DNA of 64,000 nucleotides from Octopus vulgaris. Its lineage: Eukaryota. This document shows, in pieces, positions 30,171 to 41,770 of the stretch. Position 1 is the stretch's first letter; the number at the start of each line of letters is the position of its first letter. Location: the NCBI GenBank assembly GCA_951406725.2, contig OX597824.1:17112001-17176000 (forward strand), read 5' to 3'. Below the pieces are notes generated by a model. The model was not told the DNA's origin, searched no databases, and was given only the letters and a program-made list of their open reading frames with translations. The translations under genes were made by a program, and so were the position numbers.

Positions 30171-30940
30171 ATTTTACGTTTATGTTTTGTAAAATTATAT
30201 GATAAGTCTTGATTGCTCCTTTTATCACGTGCGCAAAACAGAAATATTTTGCATTCCAGTTTAATTAATTTATTTTTTAGGTTTCAAAATGCTCCTCATT
30301 TAATTTAATTACACTAATCGATGAGGAAATTATCGATAAATAACTTATGGTTAACTGTTTATCATATTAAGTTCCGTAACTCACGGTATTTTTACTTTTT
30401 ATTTTTTATTTTAAGACCTAACGAAAATTCTCCAACAGTATTATATATTCAACTGACCCCGGTAGTAGCCTTCCCCACTGCCCCGTAGATAGGCATGTAC
30501 CACTAATTATTATAACTACTCTAATTGTATCAATAAATATTTCAGACGGTCGAAAGGGATTCAGGGAGATAGCCTGTGACATCAATTGGTATATCCTTAT
30601 TTTCTCAATTTCTCTCCCTTCTTTTCTTTTTCTTTATTTTTCCACTCTGATGAAGTTTCCCATATTTAAGTTGGTATAATTATTCACAGTGATAATAATA
30701 ATAATTATTATTGTAATAATTAAGACTGATTATATCCAAAATTACGCAAGCAGAAACAGCTGTTAGATGAGCTAGTGTCTTTTTTTTGTAATCAAGAAAT
30801 AATAATTGATGTTGATCAATTATCAATTTTATCTTCATTTTCTTATTTTTCCTTATATATACATATATATACATATATAAGATAGATATATAGATATAGA
30901 TATATACATATACATGCATACATATATATATATACATACA

Positions 30941-30980
<40 letters not shown>

Positions 30981-30997
30981 TATACATACATACATGC

Positions 30998-31029
<32 letters not shown>

Positions 31030-31053
31030 ACATACATACATATATCTATATAC

Positions 31054-31123
<70 letters not shown>

Positions 31124-31541
31124 GTACGCGCATACACCCCATCACCCAGACACACACACGTACACATGTTCCTGCTCTTTTATGCTATCAATATAATGGC
31201 TTTCCAGTGGGGAAAAGCACAGGATTAATTTCTGTTCATGTTTCTTTCTCGTTGTGACCTGATATAATATGGCCGAGTCATCATGGCGTCAAATGCACAG
31301 TCTTGTTGTAATGCTTCTGGCTCTGAATTCAAATATCTCCGATGTCAACTTTGCCTTTCGAGGTCAAGTCTTTGACTGTCTGTTTTATTTCTAGGACTCA
31401 GCTATCATCTCCCTTGCGAAGCGAAATAGCCTTCGCTGGATCTAAAATTTTCGTGGTGCACTGCATAGCACGATGGTAGCCCGATTATGCTAATCAAAGG
31501 CATGGTCTGTTACAAATTGTGTACACAAAAGATGTTTGTTA

Positions 31542-31573
<32 letters not shown>

Positions 31574-31577
<4 letters not shown>

Positions 31578-31887
31578 CTAAAGTCGTAAGACACCCGCTG
31601 TTTTTGTCCTGTTATTACTATTATTGCTTTTTGTATTTATATTCGTGTGGCATCGTCCGTTTTCGGTCCTTGTTTCGTATACATTCGATCCTTTTTCCAA
31701 GAAATCTTATGCTCGTAGCTTAGTTTTTCCTTGGGGCTAGCCGGATCGGAGCGATCTCAAGATTAATCAGCCGAAATTGCGAGGATGATCCGGTTCTTGA
31801 CTGAAGATTAGAGGCTTCGAATGACCCGTCCGCTTTTTGTGTCGTCTATTTGAGTGTTTTGCGTTCTCGTCCCAATTTGTATTTATA
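31574..31887. mobile_element. Unclassified ~310-bp element inserted in (TA)n
   Basis: Complex sequence (tgtctaaagtcgtaagacacccgc..tcccaatttgtattt) bounded by TA repeats and absent from the paralogous host copy at 38650-38835. Confidence 0.6.
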
Positions 31888-31924
31888 TATATATTTTTTA
31901 TACATATATATATATACTCTTTTG

Positions 31925-32317
31925 CTCTTTTACTTGTTTCAGTCATTTGACTGCGGCCATGCTGGAGCAGCGCCTTTAATCGAGCAACTCAACCTCGGGA
32001 CATATTCTTTTGTAAGCCCAATACTTATTCTATCGGTCTCTTATGCCGAACCGCTAAGTAACGGGGTCATAAACACACCAGCATAGGTTGTCAAGCAATG
32101 CTAGGGGGACAAACGCAAACACACAAACAGACACACGCATATATATATATATACATATATACGACAGGCTTCTTTCAGTTTCCGTCTACCAAATCCACTC
32201 ACAAGGCTTTGGTCGGCCCGAGGCTATAGCAAAAGACACTTGCCCAAGTGCTACGCAGTGGGACTGAACCCGGAACCATGTGGCTGGTAAACAAGCTACT
32301 TACCACACAGCCATTCC
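31925..32317 (-). mobile_element. Family B SINE, full length, nested
   Basis: Complete tail-to-head match to family B. Confidence 0.92.
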
Positions 32318-32889
32318 ATATATATATGGAGAGAGAGAGAGAGAGAGGGGGGAGGGAGAAAGAGAGTAAAGATTATTTGCAAACCTAATGAGGCAGTCCT
32401 AGTTAGGACGATTGTTTCTGTTATTTAGCTCCAGGGGACATCGTCTCCAGCTGGCTATACGACACATAAGATTTTCGTGGTGCTCTGCATAGCACGATGG
32501 TAGCCCGAATAGGCATTCAGATGTTGTGGTACCAAGGTAAGTCTATAAAATACAGCATATCAATCCTTAACAAAATCTCTGTGTTTTAACATCGGTTTCA
32601 AATTTTGTCAGAAGGCTTCTCATTGCTTAATTACTCATCACTCATCCAGCCCCTCCATCATATACCCACCCCAGTTACTTTACCTATCATTTCTTTGGTC
32701 AAAATATATAGTTTCAGGATGCAATGCCTTATGTAAGGTTTATTGACTGGACCGGATATTTAGCTTGTTTTGAGGAAAATGAGGTTGATCTTTTCACTTA
32801 ACAAAAACGTATTGAAATCACGGGACAAATATTAAGCGCAAGAACGATTTCGAAATAATTGTAAAATATCGATACTCTCTTTTCTCTTT

Positions 32890-33277
32890 TTACTCTTTTA
32901 GTTGTTTCAGTCATTTGACTGCGGCCATGCTGGAGCACCACCTTTAGTCGAGCAAATCGACCCCGGAACTTATTCTTTGTAAGCCCAGTACTTATTCTAT
33001 CGGTCTCTTTTGCCGAACCGCTAAGTGACGGGGACATAAACACACCAGCATCGGTTGTCAAGCAATGCTAAGAGGACAAACACAGACACACAAACACACA
33101 CGTACACACATATATATATACATATATACATATATACGACGGGCTTCTTTCAGTTTCCGTCTACCAAATCCACTCACAAGGCATTGGTCGGCCCGAGGCT
33201 ATAGCAGAAGACACTTGCCCAAGGTGCCACGCAATGGGACTGAACCCGGAACCATGTGGTTGGTTAGCAAGCTACTT
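32890..33277 (-). mobile_element. Family B SINE interrupted in its tRNA head; first ~20 nt displaced to 35547-35566
   Basis: Match stops after gttagcaagctactt; the expected continuation accacacagccactcctgcg appears at 35547. Confidence 0.93.
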
Positions 33278-35531
33278 TATTTCATAACATTTGCCATAAA
33301 GGCAGTACGTAGAGTAAGTTAGCTTTGCGGGCTGGACGAGGACATTAATGAAATGAATGATAATGAAAGAAAGATGATGGGGATGGGAGAAGACAAGAAG
33401 CGCCCGCCGACTTCTGCTTCTCTAAAACATTGTTCTTTAAAAACAAACACAAAACGAGGTATCAAACCTCTTACAATTTTTACAAATTTTCAATTTTTGG
33501 ACTTAACAGTCTATTACTAATAACAACAGTTCAATAATTACATATATAAATACAATACACAAAGCCCCTCCTCCCAGACCTGGCTTACACTTCCCTTAGG
33601 AATGCGCCAGCTCTAGGTCGGGGCCCCTCAAGTTGTATCACAATTTGACTCGTCCTCGAAATAACTTGTGCCCGCACCTTCCACCATCCACTACGCCTCC
33701 CTCAGAACGTAATCGAGTTCCGAGTTAGCGTCGCGGAGGCCATTCGGGGTCCTGTGTGAAGGCTAAAGGTGCTCCCTTGTGGTGCTTTTCCATCACCTTT
33801 TCAATCTCTCCGCCTCTATGGAAGAGGACCAATACCTTGTTTTTTGCTCGGGTGCGGGATATTCAATTCTTTCGTTGGCGGCACAGTTCCTGCCAACGGT
33901 ATTTCTTCTCCTGTCGGTGGCACAACCCCAACCGACGTAGTTCCGGGACATTCCGGTGCTATGTCACCGACAGCCGGTAATGTCCCGTTTCTCTTCCTCT
34001 TTTTCTTTTTTTCCTTTTCAGCTGAGGGAGGGTGCGTCTCCTCCGTGGCTGGAAGATTCGCCTTACCCTCCTCATCCCTAGTATCCTTTGGTGAGCACCC
34101 ATTGTTGCTCACCTTCCTCTTTCGGCCTCTGTTTGAGGAGTCCTCCGCTTCCTCGGCCGTTTTCATTCCCTCTTCTACAGGGGTTTTACTTAACTGTTCC
34201 GGGATCCTATTTTGTTCCCGGGGACAGTTCTTCTTTATATGGCCGGACTCCAAGCACCGATGACACTTAGGGGGGCGACCCTCAAGCATCACCGGGTACC
34301 TGCACCCGGCCATTTTCAAAAAATCTGGAAGAACCAGATTGGCTGATTGGGTCCAAACGGTCAAAATTGCTTTTGACCCAACCCAAGCAGCCACAGGTAG
34401 AACTTTTACATTAAGGAGCTTAGTTTCGCTGCTACCCAGACCCCGGCGGATAGTCTCCTCTATCCACTCGGGTTCTATCCCGGATGGCAGCCCACAAATC
34501 CAAGCTTTCGTCAGTCTCTTTTTTTGGTACGTGGGCAGGAATAAAATTTCCTTACCCTCCAGGGGTTTACTCGCAAATTTGCAAGCCTCTTCAGGGGTGT
34601 CAAATAGCAACCACACCGTTGCATATTTGACACCCCTGGAAATGAATTTAATTGTTGGCAAATTCTCTGCCAACTCCTTTTCAATTGCCGTCTTTTCGAA
34701 TAGGGCGATCGTGTCGAGTGCCTTGGAGTAGGTTCTCAGCACCACCGTCCTATCTTCACGGTCTTTTAACCACTTTTTAGGCGGTATGATCTCCCATTCC
34801 AAAATTTTGTTATTTTTCATTGCCATGTTTTTTGTTTTTTTTAAATATATTCAAATTAAACTTAAAAAGCGAGAAGAAAAAAGTTCAAAAGTCCAAAAAA
34901 ATTTGATAGATTTTTGAAAAAACAAAAAGGAGAAAGCACAACAGAAGGGAAGAAATCAACGGAAAGTCGCAATAAACAAAAAAAAAACAAAAGGGGGAGT
35001 TAAATGAAGTTCAAAAGAAAGTTAATAAACAGAAAAAACACAGCAAAAATCTTCTGGCCTTACGGTACTCCCGGCCTGAGTTGAACCTGGAACGCCGCAA
35101 CTGGAACACAACCTCCACAAAAATGGGTCCGAAAGGTAATCCAAAAGTGGCTTATTTTTATAATTTTCTTGCGAAGTACTCTGACAAAGGAATAAATTCA
35201 ACAAACCCAAACACAGCACTGGCTACCGCCAACGGTAATTTTAACAGTAACTGTATTGGGTTCCGAGGATACGCCCCTCCACTGTTTTTTTTTTTTTTCA
35301 ATAAACACAAAAACAAAGCAGCCGCCGAGAGCAGGCGAAATTGTCTCAGAGTTGGACACAACTTACTGAAATAATAATTGGCACGCAATAAATTGTGCAC
35401 AACTCACAATAAACAAAATCACTCACCTCGACAACTCTCTGTTTTTGGTCTTTTTTCTATAAGTGGACGGAGCTGGTTAACTCACGTCCACTCTGGCTCA
35501 ACAAGAAGCAACTGACTAACTGCGCATGTGT
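33278..35531 (-). mobile_element. ORF1-only L1/Tx1-related non-autonomous retrotransposon (HAL1-like), 2254 bp, 15-bp TSD
   Basis: TSD gttagcaagctactt at 33263-33277 and 35532-35546; ~705-bp 5' UTR, one 336-aa ORF, ~540-bp 3' region with no recognisable EN/RT; 3' end gaaata running into the TSD to give AATAAA. Confidence 0.85.
33816..34826 (-). CDS. L1/Tx1-type ORF1p (RRM-like region, CCHC zinc knuckle, basic/disordered C-terminus)
   Basis: ATG-initiated 336-aa ORF; KAWICGLPSGIEPEWIEETI and GCRYPVMLEGRPPKCHRCLESGHIKKNCP (CX2CX4HX4C preceded by a GxP motif, as in Tx1/L1 ORF1); basic patches RGRKRK and KKKKRKR. Confidence 0.88.
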   Translation of the reverse strand: MAMKNNKILEWEIIPPKKWLKDREDRTVVLRTYSKALDTIALFEKTAIEKELAENLPTIKFISRGVKYATVWLLFDTPEEACKFASKPLEGKEILFLPTYQKKRLTKAWICGLPSGIEPEWIEETIRRGLGSSETKLLNVKVLPVAAWVGSKAILTVWTQSANLVLPDFLKMAGCRYPVMLEGRPPKCHRCLESGHIKKNCPREQNRIPEQLSKTPVEEGMKTAEEAEDSSNRGRKRKVSNNGCSPKDTRDEEGKANLPATEETHPPSAEKEKKKKRKRNGTLPAVGDIAPECPGTTSVGVVPPTGEEIPLAGTVPPTKELNIPHPSKKQGIGPLP

Positions 35532-36039
35532 GTTAGCAAGCTACTTACCACACAGCCACTCCTGCGATGTGCATCTAATATAATTATATTATCTGAAATT
35601 ACATTACTTAAAAATTACATCGTTGTTTTAAGATTGTTGGGTAAACTGGTATATCTTGGAATGGTATCAGAAGGTAAGGTTGCAATTTGTATAAAGAAAA
35701 ATCGTGAGGGAGAAGCGAAAAATAAGAGATAGTAAAAGAGAATGAAAGAGAAACGAGTGAGCGAAAGAGTGTGGGAGGGAAGTAGAGAGAGGCTGCAAAC
35801 TCTGATCCTGAGGGAAATCGTTTGTTTTCCTGATGGCTGTCTTGTTTGTGAAGCAATAGTGAATAACCTCCGCTTTTCTTCCAACATTTTTGATGATTGG
35901 TGAGTTCCTTGATGTGTTGAAGACGGAGAGAGAAACAGAGGCGAAGGAGGGAGAAAGAGAAAGATAGAAGAGGCGGGATGCATACTCACATATACACCTA
36001 GAAGAAGACAAAGTAAGAGATAAAAAGAAAGACAGGTTG

Positions 36040-36385
<346 letters not shown>

Positions 36386-36915
36386 GGAGGGTGAGATAAT
36401 GAGAGCGTGGAAGAGCAAAAAGCACTTATGAGAGATTGACTTCGACAAATTATTCATTAACTTTACTAACTGATAAATTAATTTTGAAACTAATATTACT
36501 GAGGGAATTGCCGCATGAATAAAAGAGAGAGAAGAAAATAACAAGAAAATAATATTCAAATTGATCAAACCGATCAGAATATTAAGATGAAATAAACTGA
36601 ATTATTTTTCCAAAATTTCATTTTTAATATTGTTTCCTTTGCATTTGACAGAATTTCTGCTCTTATATCTATTTAGTTGTAGTAATATTCACAGGAAAAA
36701 TAATATATTCAACATTTCAAACGAGTACGTGTTTACACCCGTACACACGCACACATAGAAACATACACACACTCACAAGCACACACAGACATACAGAGAG
36801 AGAGAGACACACACACACACACTGAGACGAATAGACACTGGAATACGCATATACATACATGAGTATGCATCTATATGCATATGGATGTACGAAGGTAGGT
36901 GTGTGTGAGCGCATA

Positions 36916-37781
36916 TACGAGGCTTGATCAATAAGTATCGGGACTGTTGCAATAGTAATGAAGCTACAGTACACAGAGGGAAGCCGCTTGGTATAGATTG
37001 ACCTTGAACTCTGCTGTGCATGCGCACTGAGTTTTAACGTTCTGGCTCAATTCCGCTGTTTACAGCAGTGTTTGGCAGGAAGGTGTGTAGCGTGTGATTG
37101 TCGCACTGACCATGACAGAGAAAGATGTCATGGTAATACCAGCTCAGAGGCCTGCAGAAAGAGTATAGAGAGGAGTGTATGAGACACACACAAGTGTACA
37201 CGTGGTTCAGACTTTTCCAAGATTGTCGAAAAATGTCGATATTCTGCAACCAGTGAAACTGAGGAAAGCATCGCAGATGTTGTGAGCAGCCGTGAGGGGA
37301 AATCATCGAATCACAATCAATGAGTTATCAGAAGATGTGTAGATTAATTACGGTTCAGTTCAGTCCATTATCACTGAAAATTTAGGTATGAGACGCGTGT
37401 CTGTCAAGTTTTTCCCAAAACTGCTTTCAGCTGACCAAAATGACACATAGGTTTCAGTTGCACAAGATCTCCTTGATTGTGTCGAGAACGATGAAGACTT
37501 TTTGAAAACTTTGTGTAGGCCTTGAGCAGATATCGCTAAGCTTTTGACAAAATTTGATGCAGATTCTCTGCTCAAATTTCTGTGATGGTCAATGTGGCGA
37601 TCACACGCTACACACTACTCTTCTAAGAACTGCTGTAAACATAAGTGAGCTAGAACATTAAAACTCTGTGCGCCTGCAGAGCACAGTTCAAGATTAAACT
37701 GTGCCAAGCGGCTTCACTCTGTGTACTTTAGCTTCGCTACTATGGCGACGTACCGGATACTTATTAATCAGACCCCTTGTA
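36916..37781 (+). mobile_element. Internally deleted Tc1/mariner (mariner-like) transposon with ~200-bp imperfect TIRs and TA TSD
   Basis: TA|cgaggcttgatcaataagtatcgg ... ccggatacttattaatcagaccccttg|TA; inverted homology ~36918-37122 vs ~37576-37779; internal remnant ENLGMRRVSVKFFPKLLSADQ (~37377-37439) resembles the mariner WVPHEL linker region. Confidence 0.88.
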
Positions 37782-37964
37782 CACTGCTGGATGTTAATCT
37801 ATTATCCGAATTCCGAATATATAACTTCAAACATCCCATCTCTCTTTCGCTCTCTCTTTCTCTCTGTATATATGTATATTTAACACACACACACACATTT
37901 ACACACATATATACAAAAATCAGTGTATATATATATATGCATACAGGTATGTATGTGTGGAAGT

Positions 37965-39160
37965 GATCGGTTACAGGGATCATGGATAGGTCCTTGAACT
38001 CCTCCATCAGAGATATCTGAGACATTTTGAAATTCTGAACGTGTTTACGGATTAGTCAAACAGTAGTCTTGATGGGAGTCAACATCCTGAGCATTGAGGC
38101 GATGCGGCGGAAGCATCGGTTATGGTTGACTGGACACATTGTTCGAATGAGTGACCAGAGAGTTTCTGAACAGATGCTCTATGGTGGACTGGTTTGTGAA
38201 AAGTGCACCGAGTTGAAACCAAGGCTACGGCTACATAATATCCTCGTTCAAAGCATGTGAGATATAAAAAGTGAACTGGGAAAGCAATGCCTGCTACCTC
38301 CACCAGCGGAGGAAACGATTAAATGAGGGAGTAGTTATTTTTGAAGAAACATGCATTTTGCGTACTCAGCTTGATTGTGCTGCCAGAAAACACATTATTG
38401 GTACTGTTGCTGAATGTCTATCTCGTTCAGAGATTTAGAAATAATAATTTTCTATTTATTAGATCAGTAACTGTGTGTCTCTTTGAAAATATGTATTTCG
38501 AACAAGACTTTAATGGCGCAATCTTTAACCAAGCAGTTATGCTGCGTTGGTGAATGGAAATAACACAGAAACCATGGAAACGCAGATATTGGTTTGGGCT
38601 GAGCTGGGACGCTTGACTCCCTTGTTCGAAAATATAAGGATGCAGATGATGTGTCGTATAGCCAGCTGGAGACGATGTTTCTTGGGGCTAAATAACAGTA
38701 ACAATCGTCCTAACCAGGACTGCCACATTATGTTTGCAAATAATCTTTATTCTCTCTTTCTCTCTCTCTCTCTCCCCATATATGAATCTCAACCATCTTT
38801 TTGTGTGCACAATCTGTAACAGACCATGCCTTTGTTTTGCTGGGTTCAAATCACATTTGCGGACCTATGGACAATGAAGCACTAACAACTACTCTGCCTG
38901 TCCATGTATTCATACCTGTCAGCGCCAAATATGCCATAAGGACTGCATATCGACGGGGGACTCAAAATGTCAGTTTAAGATACACAAAGATGAGAACTTG
39001 ACTACAGTTTTTTGGTAGTCCAAAGCAGATGTGGAGTTTATATGGGTGCCTTTTCAAAACGTTGTCTCGTTTAAAACGCCACACCAGAGGCCATGATAGA
39101 TCTAAGGCGAAAGAACAAGAGGTGGTCAGACTCCGCATAAGGAGTAAACAATCACCATAT
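37965..39160 (+). pseudogene. Decayed 3' portion of an RTE-clade LINE with C2H2-finger remnants
   Basis: SIEAMRRKHRLWLTGHIVRMSDQRVSEQMLYGGL (38069-38260) matches the RTE post-RT motif LRWxGHVxRMxDxRxPKQxLYGEL; downstream AGFKSHLRT and FKTLSRLKRHTRGH; many stops and frameshifts. Confidence 0.8.
38650..38835 (-). mobile_element. Short retroposon (same family as 31485-32470) inside the RTE remnant
   Basis: Minus strand caaaggcatggtctgttaca..cacaaaagatg..taaagattatttgcaaac..catcgtctccagctggctatacgacacat. Confidence 0.8.
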
Positions 39161-39224
39161 GTGTGTATTGTGTGTGTGTGCGCGTGTGTGTGCGAATGTG
39201 TGTGTGTATGTGCGTGTGCATGTG

Positions 39225-39292
<68 letters not shown>

Positions 39293-39597
39293 CAAAGAAA
39301 TTCCAACTCTGTTTTTATGTTTTATTTATATTCTTTATAATATTAATGTAGAATATAGAATATATAGTATATATAGTAAAATGAAATGAATTGAAGTATT
39401 GATTGTCTTATTGAATAGATGAAATATTGAATATAAAATATTCAGGGACTAGTATACTTTCTTGTATTATAGCAGTCTTCAACGTCCCAGGTTGTGACAG
39501 GAGTGTTTCACAGTCGGAATTTCTTTGAATAATATATATACACAATCTATACACAATCATACAAACCCACTTTTATTTTTATGTATATATATGTGTA

Positions 39598-39674
<77 letters not shown>

Positions 39675-39753
39675 ACAAATATTAGCCGTTCAAAAACATA
39701 AAAATCTTTAGCGTCATTGAACATATTTGGTGTCAAAACTTTTCGTAGAACTG

Positions 39754-40137
39754 GTGGAAGCACTCCGTCGGTTACGACGACGAGGGTTCCGATTGATCCG
39801 ATCAACGGAACAGCCTGCTCGTGAAATTAACGTGTAAGTGGCTGAGCACTCCACAGACACGTGTACCCTTAACGTAGTTCTCGGGGATATTCAGCGTGAC
39901 ACAGAGAGTGACAAGGCCGGCCCTTTGAAATACAGGTACAACAGAAACAGGAAGTAAGAGTGAGAGAAAGTTGTGGTGAAAGAGTACAGCAGGGATCACC
40001 ACCATCCCCTGCCGGAGCCTCGTGGAGCTTTAGGTGTTTTCGCTCAATAAACACTCACAACGCCCGGTCTGGGAATCGAAACCGCGATCCTACGACCGCG
40101 AGTCCGCTGCCCTAACCACTGGGCCATTGCGCCTCCA
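39754..40137 (-). mobile_element. Family A SINE, full length, ~10-bp TSD
   Basis: Near-identical to 3489-3872; tttcgtagaa at 39741-39750 and 40139-40148. Confidence 0.92.
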
Positions 40138-40569
40138 CTTTCGTAGAAACTACATGCAGCCTGGTCACAGATATATTTCCATCACTGCTACATGTTTGGG
40201 GTAATATCATGAGTCAGCATCATACAAACAAACGTTATGTTTCTGAGAGCAAGTTTCCGTTTATGTCACTTGCGAGATAAACGCGTATAAAACATACGAA
40301 GCTAATCGCCTCGCAGACATTTAAGCTTTGAATGCTTCATAAAAATCAGTTCACACATGCATACTCAATCCAAACTTTACGATGAAAATGATTTTTTTTT
40401 TTTTTTTTTATGAAAGAAATATGTTCTACTGGGAATCGAACCTGAATTATATATCCCCGGCTGCTGATAGCTTACCGGCTTTCATACATCTCTGCAACAA
40501 CTGCGGTCACACACGCAGTCCTTCTCATATGCACATGGCGAGGACGCAGAATGTCTCATATATACATAC

Positions 40570-40625
<56 letters not shown>

Positions 40626-40665
40626 GATATATATGTATGTCTGCATGTATATATATGTGTGTATA

Positions 40666-40728
<63 letters not shown>

Positions 40729-40731
40729 GTA

Positions 40732-40785
<54 letters not shown>

Positions 40786-41043
40786 TATGTATATAATAAA
40801 TGTGTGTGTGTACCTTAAGCGAATGAGAGTGAGAGATAGGAAAAAAAGAATGATACACGCATATATATGATTTTATATACATACATACATGCATGTATGG
40901 GCGTGTGCTTGTGCGTGTGTGTGTTGCTTGAGTGTGTGTGTATGTGTGTGTGCTTGTGAGTGTCTATATATTCATACGTATGTATATGCATATATATATA
41001 TATATTGATCGATGCATAAAGCGGCTTGTCCCCCTTTTGTTAG

Positions 41044-41100
41044 GTTCCGAAACAGTTTTGATATCGTGAAGATCGGAAAAGATAACATTGAAATTTTGAG
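41044..41100 (+). CDS. Possible 57-bp internal coding exon of an unknown host gene
   Basis: Acceptor cccccttttgttag, donor GAG|gtaaca, length divisible by 3, one open frame (FRNSFDIVKIGKDNIEIL); no homology recognised, could be chance. Confidence 0.2.
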
Positions 41101-41529
41101 GTAACATGACATAGAAACTATATATCAAGCGGAGAGGATGTGGTAGTTAAGAAATTGTATAAAAGAAGGCCAAGATTTATGACGATGTTATACGAAAATT
41201 AAATTCCAAATATAATACAGAAACTAAAAATCAAATCTTAAAGAGGATTTAAATGCGTCTTTATAGTTTAAAATGGGAACAAAAGGCGCCTGAATTGCTG
41301 AAGATTATATCTTATAGATAGAAAGTAATTGCCGTTGAGTGTGGCAAAGATATGAATACGAAAGTATAATTCGAACGAATTGTAAAATTTAAAGAAAAAT
41401 AATTATGTAGAGTAAAATTGTTAATTTTTTTTTGTATTTTATTATATTTTAAATGCTTTTCTTTAGGTATTTATTTCTATACTTATATTTTGTGTTTTTC
41501 TGAAATTTAATTTGTTCCAAATATGATTT

Positions 41530-41770
<241 letters not shown>

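Larger units (their letters stand above)
31485..32470 (+). mobile_element. Short retroposon with 38-bp flanking direct repeats and two nested insertions
   Basis: attttcgtggtgc(a/t)ctgcatagcacgatggtagcccga at 31447-31484 and 32471-32508; 31485-31545 plus 32318-32468 together match the uninterrupted minus-strand copy at ~38650-38835. Confidence 0.85.

Noticed and set aside
33769-34731. Plus-strand ORFs (164 aa, 130 aa) overlapping ORF1
   Set aside because: Antisense shadows of the GC-richer ORF1; no motifs.
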